From assembly GCA_963739175.1 (NCBI GenBank), contig CAVTZH010000007.1:135616-199615 (forward strand): a stretch of 64,000 nucleotides of DNA, read 5' to 3'. The position numbers and the translations under genes were made by a program. Below the pieces are notes generated by a model, which was given only the letters and a program-made list of their open reading frames with translations, made no database searches and was not told where the DNA came from. This DNA comes from an uncultured Alphaproteobacteria bacterium (GTDB lineage: Bacteria; Pseudomonadota; Alphaproteobacteria; Rhizobiales; Xanthobacteraceae). Position 1 is the first letter of the stretch. Each line of letters starts with the position of its first letter. Positions 7,936 through 16,534 of the stretch are shown in pieces.

Positions 7936-9966
7936 TCAGCAACAAGCCCCATATGAGCCGTCGGCTTCGACGCGGAACGATTGCGCCGGCTCGCCGTGTT
8001 GCGAGATGTCCCACATTCGCCGGTAGGCGGCTTCGAGGCTGTGTGCGAATTGATCGGTGTCGAACAAAGGCGTACTGAGCCGGTTCCGGGCAAGCTTCTC
8101 ACGCGCCGCCGCAAGCCTGCCGGCATCGGTCGCGAGGGTCAGCGCCAGCGCCTCATAGTCGGGAAGATTGTACGTTATTAATTCTGGCATCCCCACCGCA
8201 TGCAGCAGGCTCGCGGCCACGCGACCGGGAAAGGCCTGGCCCTGGCAGGTGACCAGCGGCAACCCTGCCCACAACGCATCGCTGGCGGTGGTGTGGGCGT
8301 TACAGGGCACAGTATCCAGGAACAGGTCGGCGAGGCGGTGCCGCGCCAGATGGGCCGCGAGACTGCACGATTCCGCGAAAATGAGCCGAGCCGGATCGAT
8401 GCCACGCGCACGTGCTTCGCGCCGCAAGGCGGCCTCGGCGCTGCCCCGTATCAGCCACAGGACGCTGCCCGGCACCGCCTGCAGGAGGCGCATCCATGTG
8501 TCGAACACTGGCCCCGTGATCTTGAAGTGGTTATTGAAGCTGCAGAAGACGAATCCATTCGCCGGCAGATGCGCCGCCTCTCGTGTCGGCGTGTCCGCGG
8601 CGATCGCGCGCTTGCCATCGTTGACCTGATAGCTGCCGGGAAGCTGCACGACCTTCTCGCTGAAGAACGCATGCTGGTCGAGCGGCAGCACGATCGGGTC
8701 GGCGATGATGTAATCCAAGAAATCCGCGCCGATCGTCCCCGGATAACCCAGATATCCAACCTGGATCGGCGCCGGCCGATAGGCCAGGACCGCGAGACGC
8801 GAGTTGCGGGTATGGCCCTTGAGATCGATTGCAATATCGACGTCGAGCGCGCGCAGCCGGCTTGCGATATCACGATCGCTACTAGCGCGCACGTCATGGA
8901 ATGCGTCGAACGAGCGAACTAGCCGCTCGCGGATAGCCGAGCCGTCGTCGATGCCGAAGGATACACCCAGCACCTCAAATTGTGTCCGATCATGCACCTC
9001 GAACAGCTCGGCCATCAGATAGGCGGTCGCATGCTTGTGAAAATCCGCGGAGAGGTAGGCGAGCCTGATCCGGTCATGACGGCGTGCGACTGGGCCTTTA
9101 CACATCGGCTCCGGACGACTTGGCAATCGGTCCGCGACAAAGTTCCTGGCGCACTGCAGGTGCAGCGCCGGATCGTCGCTGTAGCCGACCAGCGTGAACG
9201 GGTTCACGCTCGGCTTGCCGGCCATGAGCGCGTCATGAAGAGGAGCGGCAAGCGCTTCGGTGCGCGCCCAGTCGCAGGTCGCCATGGCAGGGACGACGAT
9301 GCCAAATCGGTCGGGATGATCGGTCGAAATCGCCAGCGCGGCGCCATAGCTCGTCAGCGCTTCGTCGAAGCGCTTGATCTCACTGAACAGATTGCCGAGA
9401 CCGTAGTGCACGGCGGCGTGGCGGGGCGCTAATTCCCGCACGCGGTCATAGCTTGCAAGAGCTTCGTCGTAGCGCCTGAGTTCCTGCAGCGTAGCGCCGC
9501 GGATAATGAGCGTCTCGACATGAGCGGGATGGACCGCCAGTACCTGGTTGTAGCTTACGAGGGCTTCCTGATATCGGCACAGCTTGAACAGCGCGTTGCC
9601 GCGATTGTACTGCGCCTCGATGTTGCCGGGCTGCAACGACAGCGCACGGTCGTAGTCCGACAGCGCCTGCTCGTAGCGAGCCATGGCCGCCAGGATGTTG
9701 CCGCGATTATAGAAGGCCTCGGCATAGTCCTGCTTGAGCTCGATCGCCGCCGCGATCAGGCCGAGGGCTTCTTCGGTGCGGCCCTGCTGGAAACGCAGGA
9801 TGCCGAGGAAGTGGCGCGCCTCGGCATGTTCGCGCTTGGCGTTGAGGAGCTGTCGATAGCAGCGCTCGGCGTCGGCAAGCTCCCCGCGCCGGTGAAATGT
9901 GGTGGCCTGACTAAGCAGTTCCGCGAGGTCGAGCGTCTTTGATCCGGGCGGGGATTTGGCCATCAC
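7936..9966 (-). CDS. TPR-repeat protein fused to GT41 (SPINDLY/O-GlcNAc-transferase-like) glycosyltransferase domain
   Basis: 676 aa. The N-terminal ~220 aa are 34-residue TPR repeats. The C-terminal module is shared with two paralogues ('RIRLAYLSADF', 'PAPIQVGYLGYPGT', 'FCSFNNHFKI', 'GSVLWL', 'ADLFLDTVPCNAHTTASDALWAGLPLVTC', 'FPGRVAASLL'). Confidence 0.85.
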   Translation of the reverse strand: MMAKSPPGSKTLDLAELLSQATTFHRRGELADAERCYRQLLNAKREHAEARHFLGILRFQQGRTEEALGLIAAAIELKQDYAEAFYNRGNILAAMARYEQALSDYDRALSLQPGNIEAQYNRGNALFKLCRYQEALVSYNQVLAVHPAHVETLIIRGATLQELRRYDEALASYDRVRELAPRHAAVHYGLGNLFSEIKRFDEALTSYGAALAISTDHPDRFGIVVPAMATCDWARTEALAAPLHDALMAGKPSVNPFTLVGYSDDPALHLQCARNFVADRLPSRPEPMCKGPVARRHDRIRLAYLSADFHKHATAYLMAELFEVHDRTQFEVLGVSFGIDDGSAIRERLVRSFDAFHDVRASSDRDIASRLRALDVDIAIDLKGHTRNSRLAVLAYRPAPIQVGYLGYPGTIGADFLDYIIADPIVLPLDQHAFFSEKVVQLPGSYQVNDGKRAIAADTPTREAAHLPANGFVFCSFNNHFKITGPVFDTWMRLLQAVPGSVLWLIRGSAEAALRREARARGIDPARLIFAESCSLAAHLARHRLADLFLDTVPCNAHTTASDALWAGLPLVTCQGQAFPGRVAASLLHAVGMPELITYNLPDYEALALTLATDAGRLAAAREKLARNRLSTPLFDTDQFAHSLEAAYRRMWDISQHGEPAQSFRVEADGSYGACC

Positions 9967-10015
9967 TCATCACATATTCATCGGCTCGATGAAATTTACT
10001 ACTTCTTACGGTTAG

Positions 10016-10225
10016 TTGTTAGTGGCCTGTGCGCTCCGCGCCGACTTTTGCAGGCGGTCTTTGGGCACGCGAGCGGAGGTGAAGGACGCCGACTTTGTTG
10101 CCGATGCCAAGAAACAGAATCTGGATGTCGCCCCCGTAGACGGCGAGCACCTCGCCACATTGATCAAAAAGATTTATGCGACGCCAAAGCCGATCGTGGA
10201 CAAGATTATCGAGCTGATCAGGTAA
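10016..10225 (+). pseudogene. Possible C-terminal remnant of a periplasmic solute-binding protein
   Basis: The 69-aa ORF's last ~45 residues ('DADFVADAKKQNLDVAPVDGEHLATLIKKIYATPKPIVDKIIELI') look like the C-terminal helix region of a binding protein. There is no N-terminal part and no signal peptide, and it lies in an AT-richer spacer. Confidence 0.3.
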
Positions 10226-10548
10226 CCCTGTATCGGCAGGGCCAGCCGCTGGCGCGCGCTCGTAACTCCGCCTCCCGACACCGTTGCGACGATGGTTATC
10301 AGCCCGTCAACCGCCGGCACCGGCGGGCACGGCTGGTCCCGCGAATATCAAGTCAAACCACGTCATTTGCGGCCTGATCCGAAGTATAGGCGCGGTTTTG
10401 CTAGTCGTATTCAGATTTGGTTCACGTCGATCCTTAAAACGCCATTCAAATCTTATCGGCCATAGTCGCGTCACTCGGCCGGGGGGCTGAGTGGGATCGT
10501 GCGAAGCCTGCGAGCTGACGGGTGTGCACGAACAGGGGAGTGCCGAAC

Positions 10549-10818
10549 ATGGCTCGTTTTGAACTCAGTGAATGCAACCACGCCGTCCTCGGTGAGGGGC
10601 CGGTCAACGCCAGCACGCTGTTCGATCTCGGCATGATGTATTCGGTCGGGCGCAGCGTGCCGGTCGACTACGTCACCGCGCACAAGTGGTTCAATCTCGC
10701 GGCGATGCAGGGCAACCGGGAAGCGGCTCGCTTGCGCCAGGAAGTCGCCGAGCAGATGTCCCACGCGGACATCGCGGCAGCGCAACGCGCAGCACGGGCG
10801 TGGCTCAAGGCGGCCTGA
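10549..10818 (+). CDS. Sel1-like repeat (SLR) protein
   Basis: 'LFDLGMMYSVGRSVPVDYVTAHKWFNLAAMQGNREA' is a canonical Sel1 repeat. The ATG at 10549 has an AGGGGAG Shine-Dalgarno. No signal peptide seen. Confidence 0.7.
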   Translation: MARFELSECNHAVLGEGPVNASTLFDLGMMYSVGRSVPVDYVTAHKWFNLAAMQGNREAARLRQEVAEQMSHADIAAAQRAARAWLKAA

Positions 10819-10835
10819 TCCGGGCTTTGCGGGCC

Positions 10836-12995
10836 TCAGGTTTTTGCGTTGGCTGACGCCAGCGCACGGACGGCATCGGCGATCCGCGCGAACACCGGCT
10901 CCCAGTCGCCTTCCACCTGCTGCCGGAACAGCCGCGCGGTCGGGTAGAATACGCTGTCCTCGCGTTCGAGCAGCCAGCGCCAGTCGGGCACTCGTCGTAG
11001 CGCGATGAAGGTCGGGCGACCGAATGCGGCCGCCAGGTGGCCCATCATCGAGTCCGATGTCACCACCAAATCCAGGTTGGCGAGCAGGGCGGCCGTATTG
11101 AGCGGAGCTTCGGGCCCCTTGTCGGATTCATCGATGATGCGCTCGATACGATCGCCAAACCGGACTTGATCAATCTGCTCGAGACCGGGGTGCTTCTGAA
11201 GCGAGATCAGGCGCACGCCGGGAATGTCGGCGAGCGGCTCGAATGCGCGTAACGGGATGGAGCGGCCGGCGTCGGTCCAGTTCTCCCTGTTGCCTTGCCA
11301 CGCGATTCCGACACGGAAACCGTTTGAGCCGAGGCGGTCCCTCCATTGGGTGATGTTCTCGGGATCGGTCGAAAAATACGGAACGTCGAAGGCAACCTGT
11401 TCGGGCCGCAACTTGAGGACGTAAGGCACGCTCATCAGGGGCAGCCAGTGCTTCGGCGCGAGATCTTGCAACGCCTGCTGATCCGTCACCACCGCCTCGA
11501 CGCCAACGAGCGTGCGCAGGAGCGGCGCCAGGCTAGGCAGCGTCAGCAACTGGACCCGATATCCCTGACGAACCAGGCGGGCGGCGAATCCGGCAAAATG
11601 AATCGCGTCGCCGATGCCTTGCTCGGTCTCGAGCAGGATGGGCTCGCTCGTCGGCTCTCCGTTCCAGCGCGGAAACGGCGTGTCCTGGGTCTGCCCCGGT
11701 GACGCAACGCGCCGATCGATGTCGGAGCCGGCATTGAGGAAACGCCGGTGCAGCGTATTGAAGGCGGGCACCTCCAGCCGGAGCTCATATCTGCGCAGCC
11801 CGTCCTCCCAGCGGCCTTCCAGCATGTCGGCGAGCCCGATAACGAATTGCACATGCGGATTGTCGCTCTCCGTGCGGCAGCCCCGATCGAACGCCTCGAA
11901 GGCTTCGGAAAAACGGCCGAGCGCATGCAGCGCCAAGCCGCGATCGATGTGAATGGTGCCGCGCTCGGGAGCGAGCGACAGCGCGCGATCGAGGGCGGCC
12001 AGGGCATCCGCGGGGCGATTGCGCTTGATCAGGATCGCGCCGCGCAAGGCATGCGCGTCGGCGAGATGGGGCTCAAGTGCAAGCGCGCGGTCGATGCTGG
12101 TCAGGGCTTCATCGAGCCGTGCGGAGTCGCAGAGCAGGCGCCCGTGCAGTTGCCACGCCGCAAACCAGTCCGGGTGAGCCGCGAGCACGCGCTCGCAATG
12201 CGCCAGCGCGGCGACGAGATCGCCGGCCTTGTGCAGGATCGCGGCCCGCTCGAGTTGCGCCTCGCGCCACGTTGGATAGAGCGTGATCGCGCGATCGACA
12301 CACGCGAGCGCGCCATCGAATTGCTCGCGGTCTGCCAGCAGGACGGCGCGCGCGATGAGGGCAGGGGGGAAGTCCGGCTGCAGCGCGAGCACCCGATCGC
12401 AACTGGCGAGCGCGTCCTCCCATCGGCCCAGCACGTGCAATGCTTTGCTGCGATTCAGCCACGCTTCCGCGAGGTTCGGCACCAGCGCGATCGCGCGGTC
12501 GTAGCTTGCAAGTGCGTCCTCGTGACGGCCGAGCGACTGCAACAGTGAACCGCGGTTGACGAGCGCCGACACCAGGTCGGGCATCAGCGCGAGCGCGCGC
12601 TCATAGGCATCGAGCGCTTCGTGCGGGCGCTGCAAGTCCTGCAGGATGTCGCCGCGATTGGCGTGCGCCTCCGCGAAATTTTGGTCGCTGGCGATCGCAG
12701 CATTGCTGCTTGCGAGAGCGTCGTCGGCGCGGCCGGTTTCGCGCAGCGCCATGCTCAATGTGTTGTGGGCGGCGGCGTGTGCAGGAGCCAGCGACACGGC
12801 TCTGCGAAGGTGCTTGATGGCATCCTTGAATTCGCCGAGATGGCACTGCGCCAATCCAGAGAGATACAGCGCGTCGATATTCTTCGGCTCGCGACGGATG
12901 ATCTCGGCGTAGCGATCGCGCGCATCCGCGAACGCGCCCTGCTCGTGGCGATGAATGGCTTCCTGGAGCAAGTACGACAAGTCAGGTGCCGCCAT
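10836..12995 (-). CDS. TPR-repeat protein fused to GT9 (heptosyltransferase-like) glycosyltransferase domain
   Basis: 719 aa. About 12 TPR repeats fill the first ~410 aa. The C-terminal domain has GT9-like features ('GIGDAIHFAGFAARL', 'GIAWQGN', 'LDLVVTSDSMMGHLAAAFGRPT'). Confidence 0.8.
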   Translation of the reverse strand: MAAPDLSYLLQEAIHRHEQGAFADARDRYAEIIRREPKNIDALYLSGLAQCHLGEFKDAIKHLRRAVSLAPAHAAAHNTLSMALRETGRADDALASSNAAIASDQNFAEAHANRGDILQDLQRPHEALDAYERALALMPDLVSALVNRGSLLQSLGRHEDALASYDRAIALVPNLAEAWLNRSKALHVLGRWEDALASCDRVLALQPDFPPALIARAVLLADREQFDGALACVDRAITLYPTWREAQLERAAILHKAGDLVAALAHCERVLAAHPDWFAAWQLHGRLLCDSARLDEALTSIDRALALEPHLADAHALRGAILIKRNRPADALAALDRALSLAPERGTIHIDRGLALHALGRFSEAFEAFDRGCRTESDNPHVQFVIGLADMLEGRWEDGLRRYELRLEVPAFNTLHRRFLNAGSDIDRRVASPGQTQDTPFPRWNGEPTSEPILLETEQGIGDAIHFAGFAARLVRQGYRVQLLTLPSLAPLLRTLVGVEAVVTDQQALQDLAPKHWLPLMSVPYVLKLRPEQVAFDVPYFSTDPENITQWRDRLGSNGFRVGIAWQGNRENWTDAGRSIPLRAFEPLADIPGVRLISLQKHPGLEQIDQVRFGDRIERIIDESDKGPEAPLNTAALLANLDLVVTSDSMMGHLAAAFGRPTFIALRRVPDWRWLLEREDSVFYPTARLFRQQVEGDWEPVFARIADAVRALASANAKT

Positions 12996-13195
12996 GGTCG
13001 CCTACCGAAACTGCGGGCCCAGATTTGCCGATCAACAAGTTTTGCTGGTCAATACAGGTTTGCGTGATGGGAAGGAAAAGCAGGCCGGCTCGACGTTGTG
13101 ACATCGTACATCTTCGCCGGAACTCGAAACTGCTTTCGGAAATACTGATCGGGCCGGAGCGATACGCGGAATCGGCTCCCTTGCAGGGAGAAACT

Positions 13196-13288
13196 TGGCG
13201 GAGAGGAAGGGATTCGAACCCTTGATACGGCTTTAGACCGTATAACGGTTTAGCAAACCGCCGCCTTCAGCCACTCGGCCACCTCTCC
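13196..13288 (-). tRNA. tRNA-Ser (anticodon GCU)
   Basis: The reverse complement reads GGAGAGGTGGCCGAGTGGCTGAAGGCG-GCGGT-TTGCTAA-ACCGT-(long variable arm TATACGGTCTAAAGCCGTAT)-CAAGGGTTCGAATCCCTT-CCTCTCC-GCCA. It has a cloverleaf, a T-loop GGTTCGAATCC, the long extra arm typical of Ser, and an encoded CCA. Confidence 0.93.
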
Positions 13289-13936
13289 GACGCGAAACAC
13301 CCGTATCTTTCACGATATTGGGGGTCAAGGCATGACGTGATTTCCGTTGCCATGATGCCGATTCCCGAGGCGATAACGAGCCGTTAAAGGGCGTTGGATC
13401 GGCGTTTCACGACATGGGTACGAAGTTCAGCCCGGCTGGGGCAGTACAAAACGTCAATGGAACTCCTGCGCAAGACGGTCAGCGGTAACCCGCAAGTCTC
13501 TCCTTCCCGCGGCCATAAACATGGGCCGTATAAAAACATAAATCGCTGATAAAGTTGAAATATTCGATAGGTGTACAGTTGGGCGGGGCGGACGAAAGCT
13601 CGCCGGGGCCAAGTCTTCCACAAGCATTCTACAGGTGGCGATCGGGAGATATGCTAGGATTTGCGTGCGAGAAATCGGGAGTGTTTTTTAGGCAACACTT
13701 GCCGGAAATCAGCGCCCCACGTTGTTTAAAAGGGCGCTTCATCATTGCCTGCAATCAACTCTCGGTTAATCTGATCGTGCGACGGCGGGGGGCATCCCGA
13801 GGTCGCCCTGTGCGGTTGTCGGCGGTTGTATAGACCGAAAACCGGACGGTCACGGGGACTGAAGGGGACCTTCCAGGGGTGCGGAGCACCCGGCGGAGAC
13901 GGAACCCTCCCATGAGAGACAACTTGGAGGTTCAAC

Positions 13937-15379
13937 ATGAAGATGGTGAAAAGTCTTCTCCTCGGTTCTGCGGCGGGTGTGGTCGCGGTTGCCGGGGCGC
14001 AGGCTGCCGATCTTCCCGTCAAGGCCAAGCCGGTCCAGTACGTGAAGATCTGCACGCTCTACGGAGACGGGTTCTACTACATCCCCGGCTCCGACACGTG
14101 CATCAGGTTCAACGGATATATCCGGGCTGACTACAACTTCAACGGCCGTACACCGCACGTGCAGACCGGCGCCAACGGCGCGCAGGACCGCACCGTGCAG
14201 CGGTCGTCGACCCGGCACCGCGCGAACTTCGGCATTGATACGCGTACGCAGACTGCCTACGGCACTCTGCGCACGTATATGAACGTCAATATCGATAACG
14301 AGCTGGGCTCGGATGCCGCCCAGGCAACTCGTGCGTTCATCCAGTGGGGTGGCTTCACCTTCGGTCGTACGGCGTCGTTCGTCGACCACGAAGGCAGCCT
14401 CGGTGACTCGGGCTTCCGCTCGCTGTACACCGGCCTCGTCGATGCCACCACCGGCGCCGCTGGTATCAACCAGATCGCCTACACCTGGCAGCTCGGCAAC
14501 GGCATCACCCTGAACGTCGGTGCCGACGACGAGCGCAAGCGCTCGGTCGCCAACCTGAGCGCGACGACGATCACGGTCGGCACCGATCCGACCAGCTCCT
14601 CGCATGGCCAGTCGCATCCGGACCCGTGGGTCTCGTTGCGCATCAGCCAGGCTTGGGGCCGCGCCAGCGTGGCGGTGCTCGGTCACAAGAATGCCGCCAC
14701 CTACTACAGCGCGGGCGGCGGCGTCGGCATCTGCACGCAGGCCGGCACCACGCTGTGCAACCATCCGGCCGACCAGTGGGGCTTTGCGGTCGTCTCCGGC
14801 ATCGAGATCAAGCTTGACTCGTTGAGCCCGGGCAGCCGCATCGGCGGTTACGTCACCTACGGCCAGGGCGCATCCCGTGTCACGCGCAACAGCCAGACCA
14901 GCCCGGGCCTGTTCGGCTCCGGCAACCAGGTCGCCTTCGGTGTGCTGACCGACGCGGCTTACATCAACGGCTCGAGCCTCGAGCTGACCACGACGTGGGC
15001 GGCGGGTGGCGGGTTCGAATACTTCTGGACCCGTAACTTCTCGAGCACGATCTACGGCGGCTACACCCGCACCGAGTACAACAACAACGTGATCGCCGGC
15101 CGTTGGTTCTGCGCCGGCACGATCACGGTCTCTGCGGCGGTGGCTTGCGATCCGGGCTACAGCCTGTGGCAGATCGGCACGCATCACGACTGGTTCCCGG
15201 TCCCCGGGCTCCGGTTTGCGGTCGACGTGCTCTACACCGGCGTCGAGTCGGCATTCGCCGGCCAGACCATCACGCTCGGCAAGGCGGTGGGCGCTCGCCC
15301 GACCGGCGTCTACACCGCCAAGGACCTCGGCATTCTCGCGATCGCGTTCCGCGCTCAGCGCACCTGGGGCGCCGACTAA
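13937..15379 (+). CDS. Outer-membrane porin (alphaproteobacterial Porin_2/Omp2-type)
   Basis: 480 aa. Signal peptide 'AGAQAADLPVKAKPVQYVKIC', 'GDGFYYIPGSDTCIRFNGYIRADY', alternating beta-strand pattern, and a C-terminal aromatic-rich strand. Confidence 0.9.
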   Translation: MKMVKSLLLGSAAGVVAVAGAQAADLPVKAKPVQYVKICTLYGDGFYYIPGSDTCIRFNGYIRADYNFNGRTPHVQTGANGAQDRTVQRSSTRHRANFGIDTRTQTAYGTLRTYMNVNIDNELGSDAAQATRAFIQWGGFTFGRTASFVDHEGSLGDSGFRSLYTGLVDATTGAAGINQIAYTWQLGNGITLNVGADDERKRSVANLSATTITVGTDPTSSSHGQSHPDPWVSLRISQAWGRASVAVLGHKNAATYYSAGGGVGICTQAGTTLCNHPADQWGFAVVSGIEIKLDSLSPGSRIGGYVTYGQGASRVTRNSQTSPGLFGSGNQVAFGVLTDAAYINGSSLELTTTWAAGGGFEYFWTRNFSSTIYGGYTRTEYNNNVIAGRWFCAGTITVSAAVACDPGYSLWQIGTHHDWFPVPGLRFAVDVLYTGVESAFAGQTITLGKAVGARPTGVYTAKDLGILAIAFRAQRTWGAD

Positions 15380-15422
15380 GCCGAAGCACGAAGTCAGCGA
15401 GGCCGATGAGGTCTCTCTTGAA

Positions 15423-15452
15423 CCCCCGGCGGGACTTCCGCCGGGGGTTTTT
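15423..15452 (+). terminator. Rho-independent terminator of the porin gene
   Basis: Perfect 10-bp GC stem CCCCCGGCGG / CCGCCGGGGG, a 5-nt loop, then TTTTT. Confidence 0.8.
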
Positions 15453-15482
15453 GCATGAGCGGCGGCCGCTACGCCGGCGATC

Positions 15483-16370
15483 TCACGATGCTTCGCATCG
15501 GGCCACGAATTCAGCGATTCTCGCGATCACGTCCTGCTCGGCCAATAGCGGGGCATGGCCTTGCTCCGGAACGACAAGCACGTCGATATCCGCGCGTCGG
15601 GCGCACATCTCCGTCACGGTCTGTTCCGACAGGATGTCCGAGTTGGCGCCGCGGATGACCATGACCGGAACCGAAGCGAGGGCGTCGAACTCCTTCCAGA
15701 GCGGCGGCAGCGAACGCTCCAAGTCGATGCTCTCGAGCACTTTGGCAAGCTGCGGATCGTAGCGCGGCGCCAGCGCGCCATTCGCCTCCTTGAATGTGCG
15801 CCTCGCGAACATCATCCAGTCGTCTGCGCCGAGCCCGGAAAACTGCGTGCCGAACAGATGCCGGAGGATCTCCGCGGCGTCCTCGAAGCTCTTGGGTTGC
15901 GGCAGACGTCCAAGGTAGCTCTTGATTCGCACAAGCCCCTTGGTCTCGATCACCGGCCCGATGTCATTGAGGACGACGCCGGCAATCGCCGCCGGCCGTA
16001 CGGTGGCCAGCATCATTGCCAGGATTCCGCCGCGCGACGTGCCGACGAAAACCGCGGGCTCGATCTCGAGCGCGGTCAACACCGCGAGCAGGTCGGCGAT
16101 CTCGGTGGCGATGTTGTAGTTGGCTGGATCGGTGTCGTATTCCGATTCACCACGTCCGCGATAGTCGATGGCGAGTACCTGGCGGGCCCGGTGCGGGTCG
16201 TGGGCCAGCGCTGTCGCGAGCGGAACGAAATCGTCGGTTGTTCTCGCCAGCCCGGGCAGGCATACCACCGGACGTTGCTGGCCGGGTGTCCCAAAGCCGC
16301 GCGCGTGCAGCCGCAACCCGTCGGGCGCCGATACGAAGAAATGGGCGCCGTCTTGCTCTTGCACGCTCAT
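15483..16370 (-). CDS. Alpha/beta-fold hydrolase
   Basis: 'VVCLPGLARTTDDF', nucleophile elbow 'FVGTSRGG' (G-x-S-x-G), and C-terminal 'VPEQGHAPLL' with the catalytic His. The start is set at the ATG at 16370 (MSVQEQDG). The longer ORF to 16631 would collide with the divergent gene start. Confidence 0.8.
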   Translation of the reverse strand: MSVQEQDGAHFFVSAPDGLRLHARGFGTPGQQRPVVCLPGLARTTDDFVPLATALAHDPHRARQVLAIDYRGRGESEYDTDPANYNIATEIADLLAVLTALEIEPAVFVGTSRGGILAMMLATVRPAAIAGVVLNDIGPVIETKGLVRIKSYLGRLPQPKSFEDAAEILRHLFGTQFSGLGADDWMMFARRTFKEANGALAPRYDPQLAKVLESIDLERSLPPLWKEFDALASVPVMVIRGANSDILSEQTVTEMCARRADIDVLVVPEQGHAPLLAEQDVIARIAEFVARCEAS

Positions 16371-16534
16371 CGCATCCCCGCGGTAGCCGTCGGCCGAGCC
16401 GGGGCCGCCGCCTTGCGAGTGTCGCAACGCGACGCCAAGCTGCGTATAAGGGGCCCCGGCCCACGCCGTCGCGACGGGCGGCACGGCCGCGTGTTCCCGG
16501 ATCGCGCCAGCGGCATGAAAGGACATCCTCGACA

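Noticed and set aside
12996-13300. tRNA-Ser as a possible genomic-island integration site for the TPR-glycosyltransferase genes
   Set aside because: I found no integrase or recombinase gene. I saw no direct repeat of the tRNA 3' end in the window by eye. There is no clear GC shift of the flanking genes. An island is not supported, although the remnant ORF at 10016 hints at an old rearrangement.
13850-15187. 445-aa ORF antisense to the porin gene
   Set aside because: This is a typical GC-rich shadow ORF with Arg/Ala/Gly/Asp-dominated composition and no motifs. The sense strand encodes an unmistakable porin with proper GC3 bias.
16016-16534. 173-codon N-terminal extension of the TPR/GT41 ORF
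   Set aside because: The translation is an Arg/Pro/Ala-rich nonsense-like sequence overlapping the divergent alpha/beta-hydrolase gene. The sensible start is MTPTIQMAMDLHRQG at 16535.
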